Under the pieces are notes generated by a model. That model ran no database searches. It saw nothing but the letters and a program-made list of their open reading frames with translations, and had not been told where the DNA came from. The position numbers and the translations under genes were made by a program. A DNA stretch of 64,000 bases from a virus. Lineage: Duplodnaviria; Heunggongvirae; Uroviricota; Caudoviricetes. The stretch lies in the IMG/VR virus record IMGVR_UViG_3300011008_000003. One strand, given 5' to 3'. Positions 11,346 to 18,908 of this stretch are shown here, one piece after another; the stretch's first letter is position 1, and every line of letters starts with the position of its first letter.

Positions 11346-11423
11346 TAGTACTCCTGTCTGGACTTGAACCAGAAACCTATCGTTTAGGAAACGACCACTC
11401 TAATCCATTTGAGCTACAAGAGC
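11346..11423 (-). tRNA. tRNA-Arg(CCU)
   Basis: Cloverleaf, loop TT-CCT-AA. Confidence 0.85.
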
Positions 11424-12107
11424 TTAATTTGATAATTGTTGTATTCTAATAGTTTGTTTTAATCTATAAATTTCAGTTTCTCTGTCTTCTAATGAAAGTT
11501 TTTGCCAATCAGACCAACGAATTCTTTTTAATAATCTCCATCCTAAATTAATTAAATTTTCAGTACGTATTTTATCATGTAAAATACCAGTTTTTGTATA
11601 ATGCTGTTCACCATCTACTTCAATATATACTTTAATATCAGGCCAAGCATAATCTAAAAAATATCTATCTACATGATATTGTTTTTCCGCATTAGTAAAT
11701 ATTTCATTAAAATATTGTTCTGCATATGATTTCCGTTTTTCTCGTGCTGTTGTATATCTCGATATATTTTTATAATTTTCTTTTTGAACAATAGAAATTT
11801 GTTTACGTGTTTCAATCGTTTGATAATGTTTATATGCGGCTTCTGGTAATGTGCCATTTAAATAATGTTCATGTCTAGTTTCTGTATATTTAGCAACACG
11901 TAAATCATTATCTTTTGTTAATCCTTTATTCCATGCTTTATGTCCTTTTCTGGGTTTATATTTTCCTTTTTCACGATTTTCATGTAATATTTTTAAACAT
12001 CTATCATCTTTATTAGGATTTAATTTACACAAACGTTCATGATTTCGTAATGAATTTGCATTTTTGCATATTTTATTGCAATATTTACATACATAATCTT
12101 GTTTCAT
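11424..12107 (-). mobile_element. Free-standing homing-type endonuclease (Zn finger plus DUF559/Vsr-like nuclease) inside tRNA operon 1
   Basis: CKYC..HERLC, WNKGLTK, YFLDYAW...IEVDGEQH; AT-rich, inserted between tRNAs. Confidence 0.7.
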
Positions 12108-12139
12108 ATTTTATTTATTTGGTTTATTAGCATCGCTTT

Positions 12140-12221
12140 TAGTCCACGGGGTTGGAGTTGAACCAACACATAGAACCTTATAAGAGCCCCTGCCTGATAC
12201 CAATCGGCTTATTGCCCGTGG
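12140..12221 (-). tRNA. tRNA-Ile(UAU)
   Basis: Loop CT-TAT-AA. Confidence 0.75.
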
Positions 12222-12225
12222 ATAA

Positions 12226-12307
12226 TAGTGGACTTGGCCGGATTCGAACCGTGCGACTCCCGTATTAAAAGTACGGTACTCTAAAATGCCTGCTGAGTTA
12301 CAAGTCC
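12226..12307 (-). tRNA. tRNA-Lys(UUU)
   Basis: Loop CT-TTT-AA. Confidence 0.8.
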
Positions 12308-12312
12308 AAAAA

Positions 12313-12395
12313 TAGTACACTAGGCGGGCTTCGAACCCGCATTTGCAGCTCCAGTTACGGCTAACGGATTAGAAGTCCGACCCGACTACTAGTGT
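12313..12395 (-). tRNA. Atypical tRNA-Arg(UCU), reduced D arm and long variable arm
   Basis: Loop CT-TCT-AA, T arm and acceptor stem intact. Confidence 0.6.
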
Positions 12396-12398
12396 ATT

Positions 12399-12474
12399 TC
12401 GTGGACCTATCCGGACTTGAACCGGAATCCGAAGATTAAAAGTCTCCTCGTCTAACCAATTGACATATAGATCC
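12399..12474 (-). tRNA. tRNA-Lys(UUU)
   Basis: Loop CT-TTT-AA. Confidence 0.85.
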
Positions 12475-12480
12475 AAAGTA

Positions 12481-12556
12481 ATTGAGGTGGAGAGATTCGA
12501 ACTCCCGAATGCATGGGTCAGAACCATGTGCCTTGAACCAGCTTGGCTACGCCTCA
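12481..12556 (-). tRNA. tRNA-Gln(CUG)
   Basis: Loop TT-CTG-AC. Confidence 0.85.
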
Positions 12557-12562
12557 GTATAT

Positions 12563-12595
12563 AAAAAAACAGTTCCCGTATTGCTACAGGAACTG
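12563..12595 (-). terminator. Attenuator terminator, tRNA operon 1
   Basis: CAGTTCCTGTA-GCAA-TACGGGAACTG followed by T7. Confidence 0.85.
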
Positions 12596-12626
12596 AAATA
12601 ATTGAATAAGGTAAACTCTTACGCTA

Positions 12627-12704
12627 TCATTCGTTTCCCATAGCAAAACACACAGCTATTTGCTGTTTTCTTATCTGTTTTACTTGTTTAACGAATTGCT
12701 TCAT
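12627..12704 (-). CDS. Leader peptide 1, MKQFVKQVKQIRKQQIAVCFAMGNE
   Basis: AAAGG RBS; CAA/CAG, AAA, ATA, AGA codons match downstream tRNAs. Confidence 0.85.
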   Translation of the reverse strand: MKQFVKQVKQIRKQQIAVCFAMGNE

Positions 12705-12796
12705 TTTCTTTAACCTTTATAATTATATATAACAGTTGTTTGTTAATTTTCGCTTTTTAATATAGTAAATTTTTCTCTAGTTGTAAACCCTAAAAA

Positions 12797-13021
12797 TTAT
12801 TTTTTATCAAAATATTTTTCTACATCGTTATTTTCATAGTATTGTGCAGGCTGCTCAGTAAAATGATCAACGATTCCTACTAGCACAAAAACTACAACGA
12901 TAAATGCAAGGAAGAAAACAGCAGCCATAGCGCCCGGAGCCAAAAAGCTACCGACGATTGAATCCGGCGAATTGCCTGCGTACTGTGCCGCCAAAATCTG
13001 TGCTCTTGTCGCGTTATCCAT
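12797..13021 (-). CDS. Small membrane protein
   Basis: Single hydrophobic segment. Confidence 0.55.
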   Translation of the reverse strand: MDNATRAQILAAQYAGNSPDSIVGSFLAPGAMAAVFFLAFIVVVFVLVGIVDHFTEQPAQYYENNDVEKYFDKK

Positions 13022-13033
13022 ATTTTATATATT

Positions 13034-13240
13034 AAAAAGTCCCGTAATTAATCATACAAATTAATACGGGACATGATTTATATCACACAAGCACGCCGAC
13101 GTCACCCTATCCGTAGAGGTCGAGTCCGTGAATCTCAGCGAAGGGTGTAACCCGTCCTTCGCCGCACTATTATACACACGTAATTGCTATCCCTAGCCGG
13201 CACCTTACTGGACCGTGTACATGCTTATGTTTTATGTCTT
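13034..13240 (-). ncRNA. Candidate stand-alone sRNA of about 200 nt
   Basis: Own promoter (TTTACA..TACTAT), closing helix, internal hairpins, terminator GTCCCGTA..TACGGGAC plus T tract, no ORF. Confidence 0.5.
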
Positions 13241-13317
13241 TAATATAGTAAAATAGAAAAGACTTGTAAACCCCCTTTATATAAAAAATATGAGGCGATA
13301 TTTATCGTCTCATATCT

Positions 13318-13412
13318 TAGAAGAGGTGGTAGGATTCGAACCCACGGTCCGGGATGATTACCGAATCACCGGAGTTCAAATCCGGCACCATAAACCACTC
13401 GGTCACACCTCC
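13318..13412 (-). tRNA. tRNA-Ser(UGA)
   Basis: Loop TT-TGA-AC, long variable arm. Confidence 0.85.
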
Positions 13413-13420
13413 ATAATTTT

Positions 13421-13506
13421 TAGCCGAGGATGAGAGGCTCGAACTCCCATGCAGTTTCCCACGTCCGCTTTCTAGGCGGGTGCACTACCAATTGTGCGTA
13501 TCCTCG
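13421..13506 (-). tRNA. tRNA-Ser(AGA)
   Basis: Loop CT-AGA-AA, long variable arm. Confidence 0.8.
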
Positions 13507-13687
13507 AAAATTCCATAATATATTATTCCCTGAGCGCCGCGAAATATTAGTGTAATATCTGTATCTCTCTTTCAGTCTCGAAGACGATTTCTCAGTAATA
13601 TACGGCGTAATTCGCAATCACCCATTACGCTTGTATATTCGAAGTTAACACCGTTGCGCCATGTTAACTTATACACTCTATATTATG

Positions 13688-13764
13688 TAGTCCCGGAGGT
13701 TGGGCTCGAACCAACGACCTTTTGATTATGATTCAAACGCTCTAACCAGCTGAGCTACTCCGGG
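13688..13764 (-). tRNA. tRNA-Met or Ile2 (CAU)
   Basis: Loop AT-CAT-AA. Confidence 0.8.
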
Positions 13765-13769
13765 ATGGT

Positions 13770-13832
13770 AATAGCGGGAAGTAAATTACCGATTTTAAGT
13801 CTGTTTTTTAATAGGAACTTCCATATGCTATT
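13770..13832 (-). ncRNA. GUUCCUAU scaffold RNA carrying a Leu(UAA)-like anticodon stem-loop
   Basis: AGCA-NN-stem-GTTCCTATT...GA-CTTAAAA-TC...TAC-stem-CGCT. Confidence 0.6.
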
Positions 13833-13840
13833 AATTTCTT

Positions 13841-13932
13841 TTAGCGGGATGTAATTTGCCTTTCGGCTTTCGGATTTGAACCGAATCAAGGCCTGACGGC
13901 CTATCATCCATAATAGGAACATCCTTTGCTAA
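13841..13932 (-). ncRNA. GUUCCUAU scaffold RNA carrying a T-arm-like hairpin
   Basis: Same scaffold; insert includes TTCGG-TTCAAAT-CCGAA. Confidence 0.6.
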
Positions 13933-13935
13933 ACT

Positions 13936-14024
13936 TAGTAGCAGGGGCTGGATTCGAACCAGCGTGGACCTTTCAGTGCTCTAGGGTATGAACCTAGCGA
14001 GCTCGACCTCTACTCGACCCTGCG
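13936..14024 (-). tRNA. tRNA-Met(CAU), long variable arm
   Basis: Loop TT-CAT-AC. Confidence 0.8.
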
Positions 14025-14033
14025 ATAATTTTT

Positions 14034-14173
14034 TAGTAGGCGGCCTTGGATTCGAACCCCGGCAAGTCTCTCGTCCTAAACTTCGTGTTTTCTCGCGACC
14101 TAGCACGAAGGTCTGAGAGCGTTCTCTCTGCTGTGATTGCTGATGCAATCCCGTTCCGTTTGAACTATCGCCC
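14034..14173 (-). ncRNA. tRNA-like RNA with large multi-hairpin insert and no clear anticodon
   Basis: Acceptor-like ends GGGCG/CGCCT and GGTTCGAATCC T-loop, about 140 nt. Confidence 0.5.
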
Positions 14174-14398
14174 ATAATAAACTTTGTTTCGGTTTTTACC
14201 GAAGATTCCGAAAAACTCCAGCGGACTGCCGCCTTTTTACCTCTAGCTTTAAACACGTCCACTGTTTTAAGGCCGCAACCTTTTTCGCACAGTGTCTCAA
14301 GCGAACTAATTGGTAGCAGATTGCCCTCTCCTCAGTCATTCCTAGGAAACCTTGGAGGACAAGAATAATCCAATGATGATCAGTCATTATCTGCCTTT

Positions 14399-14488
14399 TA
14401 GTGCTAGCTAAGGGAGTCGAACCCCTGATGTTAACTCATAAGAGACGTGATCTACAGTCACGCGCAATCGCCACTCTGCCAAACTAGC
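14399..14488 (-). tRNA. tRNA-Tyr(GUA)
   Basis: Loop CT-GTA-GA. Confidence 0.85.
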
Positions 14489-14505
14489 ATAAGCACACAA
14501 ATTTT

Positions 14506-14592
14506 TATGACAGCTGTTGGACTCGAACCAACGAAAGCCCGTTAGGGCGGGAGGGTTACAGCCTCCAGGAATTGCCGCTATCCGAAACTGCC
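14506..14592 (-). tRNA. tRNA-Tyr(GUA)
   Basis: Loop CT-GTA-AC. Confidence 0.85.
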
Positions 14593-14669
14593 GAATTTCT
14601 CGGACTTTCACCGAGCGTTTATCCATTCTATCCTATACAGCGTTTGCCTCAAGGGACTGGACAATCAGT

Positions 14670-14702
14670 AAAAAAGAAAAGCCGCAGATTGCGCTGCGAC
14701 TT
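14670..14702 (-). terminator. Attenuator terminator, tRNA operon 2
   Basis: AAGTCGCAG-CGCAAT-CTGCGGCTT followed by T-rich tract. Confidence 0.8.
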
Positions 14703-14727
14703 AATAAAGTTTTATAATAAAACCCTA

Positions 14728-14814
14728 CTAGTCGCGACACCCCATATAATACATGGAATAACCGAACATCGAGCTCGGAACTAATGACCATGAATATGAA
14801 TAAGAGTGCAACAT
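14728..14814 (-). CDS. Leader peptide 2, MLHSYSYSWSLVPSSMFGYSMYYMGCRD
   Basis: AAGGA RBS; rich in Ser(TCN), Tyr, Met. Confidence 0.85.
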   Translation of the reverse strand: MLHSYSYSWSLVPSSMFGYSMYYMGCRD

Positions 14815-14922
14815 AATTTTTCCTTTTATATTATATATAAAAACTTTTTTATGTTTTTCGTTTTTACATACGTAAATATAGTAAATATTTTTCTCTTTGT
14901 AAACCCCTAAAATAAAAATTTT

Positions 14923-15231
14923 TTATGGTCCTGTATTTGTTGAAACAATTGCTGGTACGTATGGACAATAAATAATTCCTCTCGATTGTTTCTTCAGTTT
15001 CCGTGCTTGTTTTTTCGTCAATATTTTTGGCGGAGGCGGATTAATGAATTTTCTTTCCCATTCATAATATTCATTTCTTAAGCGTACACGTTCTGCTTTC
15101 GGTAATCCATTAAATGCACGCTCAGTTGGCGTATGCGGCTGGTCATAGGCTAAAAAATAATGGCGCATAATAAATGTACCGCTAGAACCGACAATAAAAA
15201 ATGTTTCATTAGCAAAGAAATCCTTTTTCAT
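14923..15231 (-). CDS. Hypothetical protein
   Basis: ORF downstream of tRNA-like RNA. Confidence 0.5.
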   Translation of the reverse strand: MKKDFFANETFFIVGSSGTFIMRHYFLAYDQPHTPTERAFNGLPKAERVRLRNEYYEWERKFINPPPPKILTKKQARKLKKQSRGIIYCPYVPAIVSTNTGP

Positions 15232-15272
15232 TTTTATAAGGACTCTCTCTGCTTGTAATTCAGTTGAAATCA

Positions 15273-15387
15273 TAGGACGATACTGCGGAATTGAACCGCC
15301 AGACACCATATCTACACCGACTCGAACGGCCACTCACCAAGAGAACACGGAATTGAACCGTTTTCAGCACCATTACTAAGTATCGCC
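15273..15387 (-). ncRNA. tRNA-like RNA with three T-loop hairpins
   Basis: Acceptor GGCGATAC/GTATCGTC; ACGG-TTCAATT-CCGT, GCCG-TTCGAGT-CGGT, GCGG-TTCAATT-CCGC; own promoter. Confidence 0.6.
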
Positions 15388-15431
15388 AATTATAATATAG
15401 AAAAAGGATTGATATTTGTCAACCCTTTATT

Positions 15432-15454
15432 TAGCGGTGCTGGAAGGATTCGAA
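15432..15454 (-). pseudogene. 3' remnant of a tRNA (T-loop plus acceptor strand)
   Basis: TTCGAATCCTTCCAGCACCGCTA abutting the endonuclease stop codon. Confidence 0.5.
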
Positions 15455-15455
15455 T

Positions 15456-16469
15456 TTATTTTTCAAATTTTCTTCTAAAATATTTTCCTTCAAAATCTTT
15501 TTTAAAACGTTCTAAGGTGTCTTCAATAATTCTTTTTGTATAACCTGTTTCTTTTTCAACTTTTCCAACCCATCCAAATTTTTGTAAATCAATACCACAA
15601 TTTAAAATAAGATTCTTACGTTCTATCCAAATTTCTTCTGATATAATATTTGGATTACCTTTACCTGATTTATCTTTTGGATATAATGATTCTTTTTTAA
15701 TTTTTGGTTTCTTTTTTAATTTTCTTATTTTTATATTAGGATATTGTTCTTGAAGTATTTTTATTTCTTCTAAATTTTTTAATTTATCTACTTTATATAA
15801 TAAATTATCTTTTTCTGAATAACGCCAAAATTCACAGTTAAGTTTTTCGATAATATATGCTTGCCTACACTTATCACGTAATATTCCTTTTATTTGTGTA
15901 TGTTTAGATTGTTTTTCATCATATTCAAAAACAATATTTAACACTTTATCATAACCATCGACATGATAAGGTCCTACTTTATATTCGCCGCCATTCATAG
16001 CGTGCTGTAAATGCCAATTATTTTTTATATTTAGTTCATCAATAAATTTACATGCTTTTTCATTATAATTACATTGGCAATTAATTATATTTTTACGTTC
16101 CAGCATTTTTTCTGCAAGTTTAGCCCTAGATTCAGGTGTATGTGGTTTACTAATACCTTTTAATTCACCAGAAGCGTATTTTCTTTTTATTGTTTCTGCA
16201 GATTTACGTTTGCTGTCAATATTAATTGTTTTTCCTAATGAATCTTTTGGTAATTTAGTTTTTTCTTCGCAATCCTTATAATGCTTATATAATTTTCGTC
16301 GTGAATAAAATATTTGATTGCAATATTGGCAAGTCCATTCTTTATATTTTGTTTTAAAACATTTTTCCGGATGCATTATATGCATATGTTCATATAATGA
16401 CATTTTTGTATCAAATACATTATTACAATAACTACATTTCCATTTATTTATTTTTATATTCGAACCCAT
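15456..16469 (-). mobile_element. Free-standing homing-type endonuclease (two Zn fingers, NUMOD3-like, PD-(D/E)XK-like)
   Basis: CSYC..H..H, CQYC..H..C, KPHTPESRAKL, VDGYD...VFEYDE; AT-rich. Confidence 0.7.
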
Positions 16470-16509
16470 ACATTATATATAATGGCTGAGTCTGCCAGTT
16501 CTGTAAAAA

Positions 16510-16601
16510 TAACCGAAGGTACAGGGTTCGAACCTGTGTGAGACCTTTGACAGCCTCGGAAGTTTAGCAAACTTCTGCAATTACCATTCTGCCAACCTTC
16601 G
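16510..16601 (-). tRNA. tRNA-Ser(GCU)
   Basis: Loop TT-GCT-AA, long variable arm. Confidence 0.85.
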
Positions 16602-16604
16602 TTA

Positions 16605-16693
16605 TAGTCCCTTAGGGGAGACTCGAACTCCCACGGAATTTAATCCATCAGATTCTAAGTCTGACGCGTATTAACCATTTTCGCCACACAGGG
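16605..16693 (-). tRNA. tRNA-Leu(UAG)
   Basis: Loop CT-TAG-AA. Confidence 0.85.
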
Positions 16694-16699
16694 ATATAT

Positions 16700-16791
16700 T
16701 ATCGGTCTGGAGGGATTCGAACCCACAATCCGTATTTATCTCGGCTGCCGGGTTTGAGCCGACACTGTATACCATTTCCAAGCACAGACCG
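16700..16791 (-). tRNA. tRNA-Leu(CAA)
   Basis: Loop CT-CAA-AC. Confidence 0.85.
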
Positions 16792-16794
16792 GTT

Positions 16795-16881
16795 TATCGT
16801 CAAAGTGGGACTCGAACCCACACGTCCTTTCGGACACGAGACTCTCATTCTCGCGAGGCTACCAGATTACTCCATCTGACG
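16795..16881 (-). tRNA. tRNA-Leu(GAG)
   Basis: Loop AT-GAG-AG. Confidence 0.8.
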
Positions 16882-16885
16882 TTAT

Positions 16886-16969
16886 TATCGATACGAAGGG
16901 ACTCGCACCCTTAATCCATTTCTGGCATCACCCTCTCAAGATGACATGTATACATTCCATCACGTATCG
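16886..16969 (-). tRNA. tRNA-Leu(GAG)
   Basis: Loop TT-GAG-AG, T-loop GTGCGAGT. Confidence 0.75.
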
Positions 16970-16970
16970 T

Positions 16971-17056
16971 TATCTGGCTGGAGAGACTTGCACTCTCATG
17001 GAGTTACCCCCGGCACGGTTTAAGCATGCTATGTCTTCTAATTTCATCACAACCAG
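16971..17056 (-). tRNA. tRNA-Leu(UAA)
   Basis: Loop CT-TAA-AC. Confidence 0.75.
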
Positions 17057-17066
17057 TAAATTAGTT

Positions 17067-17142
17067 TAGAGCTGATAGTAGGAATCGAACCTACTCATAG
17101 AAAGTTTTGCAGACCCCTCCGTTCCCACTTCGGCATATCAGC
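17067..17142 (-). tRNA. tRNA-Cys(GCA)
   Basis: Loop CT-GCA-AA. Confidence 0.8.
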
Positions 17143-17154
17143 ATATTAAAAATT

Positions 17155-17233
17155 TATCCACAGGGTGAGAATCGAACTCACAGACTCACGAGCCTCTGAA
17201 GCCCGCCGCTTTGCCAAGTTTGCGTACCTGTAG
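17155..17233 (-). tRNA. tRNA-Leu(CAG), short variable arm
   Basis: Loop TT-CAG-AG. Confidence 0.75.
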
Positions 17234-17245
17234 TAACTTATATTT

Positions 17246-17322
17246 TAGCACCCCGGTAAGGATTCGAACCCTAATCAGCTGGGTTGGAGCCAGCCATGCT
17301 TAAACCATTACACCACCGAGAT
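17246..17322 (-). tRNA. tRNA-Trp(CCA)
   Basis: Loop CT-CCA-AC. Confidence 0.85.
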
Positions 17323-17324
17323 AT

Positions 17325-17355
17325 AAAAAAGGTCCCTACTTTTCGTAGGAACCTT
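17325..17355 (-). terminator. Attenuator terminator, tRNA operon 3
   Basis: AAGGTTCCTAC-GAAAA-GTAGGGACCTT followed by T tract. Confidence 0.85.
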
Positions 17356-17383
17356 GTAAAACCTTTTTGATTCAGGAAATGAA

Positions 17384-17476
17384 TTATTGGTTTGTTACCT
17401 TGTCCCTACTGTGTACTACGAAACACCAGCTAAGCAAGCTGAGGAGTAGTAAACTAGTGAGACAAACCTTTTTCAT
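17384..17476 (-). CDS. Leader peptide 3, MKKVCLTSLLLLSLLSWCFVVHSRDKVTNQ
   Basis: AAAGGA RBS; Leu, Ser(AGY), Trp, Cys codons match downstream tRNAs. Confidence 0.85.
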   Translation of the reverse strand: MKKVCLTSLLLLSLLSWCFVVHSRDKVTNQ

Positions 17477-17584
17477 TTCTTTAATCCTTTATATTATATA
17501 TAAAAAGTTTTTTGTGTTTTTTGTTTTTACATAGGTAAATATAGTAAAAGTTTTTCCTTTTGTAAACCCTAAAAAATAATTTTT

Positions 17585-17908
17585 TTATTCCTTCCAAGTT
17601 TTTGTATATTCATCAAATTTAGAAAGTAGAAAATCAAATTCCTTATTGATTAAATCCGGAAATAGATTCAGTCTTTCAAACTTGAATGCGCCACAATCTG
17701 GGTCATGATTCGGATCTTCTGTAAGAATCAAATCATACATCTCATAATTGTCCGTTTCTGCAAGGCATGTTTTGAACCTGTCATAAAGATGCGAATAGAA
17801 CTTCGCTATCAATTCAAGGTTTTCATTTTGACACATGTTATAACGAGCCCACCAATTAGGTTCGTCAGGACGTGCCGACTTATCGACTAATAAAATATTG
17901 TACCACAT
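17585..17908 (-). CDS. Hypothetical protein
   Basis: ORF. Confidence 0.5.
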   Translation of the reverse strand: MWYNILLVDKSARPDEPNWWARYNMCQNENLELIAKFYSHLYDRFKTCLAETDNYEMYDLILTEDPNHDPDCGAFKFERLNLFPDLINKEFDFLLSKFDEYTKTWKE

Positions 17909-18119
17909 ATCAGAAAATATAGATAAAAATATTGGCTTTGTAAATATGTAAAAAAATTTTTATATATACTACAGGTTTTCAAACGTAGCTCGTAAGGCTA
18001 CAGTACGGGTATCGAAAATACCGGAAGGGTTTTCCTCATAAAAAACCCATGGCTCGTGAACATGATAGTACGCTGGTACAGGATTGCGGGAATGATATAA
18101 TCTTTAACAAAGGTCAAAT

Positions 18120-18908
18120 ATGAATATAACTAAGAAAGAGATAGACGCTCTCGTAAAATGCGCCGAAAATGTCAATTACTTTAGTAAGTACGTCCAGATA
18201 ATTACTGCTAAAGGTCGTTCAAAATTCAAACCGTATTCTTATCAGAGAAAGCTTCTGAAAAAGATAATGGACACTTATAACAGTCCACCGGAAGAAAAAC
18301 ACAATAATATAATAGTCGCACCGAGACAGATAGGCAAGACGACACTTCTGGCAATTTATGCATTATGGTTCGCCTTATTTAAACCGGATAAGTATATTGC
18401 CATACTGTCGTTTAAACATGCGGCTTCGAAAGAAATCTTGTCGAGAATCAAGGATATTTACAATACCCTGCCGGAATTCTTGAAATTACAACCCAAGATA
18501 AACAATGTCGAAATGCTCGGATTTGTAAACGGTTCCAAGATATTCGCAGCACCGTTTAAATCGTGTAGCATTAAAGGAAGAACTGTCGACTTGCTTATAT
18601 TCGATGAAGTCGCATTTACAAATGAACACGATTTCGATGATTTCATGTGGAGTGTATTCCCTACGCAGGCATGTAGGCCGAATGCACAAATGATAATGTG
18701 TTCTACCCCTCATGGGACAGAACACGGATTCTATAAGATATGGAAAAAATCAATTGACGGGCAAAATTCATTTGTTCCGACAAAACTCAAATGGAACTGT
18801 GTTCCATATCGTACAGCAGAATGGAAAAAGAAAAAGATGTTAGAATACGGCGAAGCATTCTTTAAACAAGAGCTTGAAGCCGAATTCATAACATCCAAGA
18901 GCTTATAG
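18120..18908 (+). CDS. Terminase large subunit-like ATPase domain, no nuclease domain
   Basis: YQ adenine motif, APRQIGKTT Walker A, LLIFDE Walker B, STPHG motif III, ends at FKQELEAEF. Confidence 0.8.
   Translation: MNITKKEIDALVKCAENVNYFSKYVQIITAKGRSKFKPYSYQRKLLKKIMDTYNSPPEEKHNNIIVAPRQIGKTTLLAIYALWFALFKPDKYIAILSFKHAASKEILSRIKDIYNTLPEFLKLQPKINNVEMLGFVNGSKIFAAPFKSCSIKGRTVDLLIFDEVAFTNEHDFDDFMWSVFPTQACRPNAQMIMCSTPHGTEHGFYKIWKKSIDGQNSFVPTKLKWNCVPYRTAEWKKKKMLEYGEAFFKQELEAEFITSKSL

Noticed and set aside
12313-12395. Amber suppressor tRNA or genome-wide stop codon recoding
   Set aside because: The 7-nt loop CTTCTAA centres on TCT (Arg). TAG and TGA end many genes normally, and long genes are intact in the standard code.
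12563-12735. T-box riboswitch control of the tRNA operons
   Set aside because: Leaders are short, lack the UGGNACC T-box bulge and contain translatable codon-biased ORFs.
14034-14395. tmRNA or RNase P RNA
   Set aside because: No GAGGAAAGUCC P4 signature, no tag reading frame and no Ala-type acceptor could be found by eye.
17384-17476. Signal peptide of a secreted protein
   Set aside because: The ORF stops at 30 aa and is followed by a terminator and tRNAs. Its Leu/Ser/Cys/Trp content is explained by the downstream anticodons.
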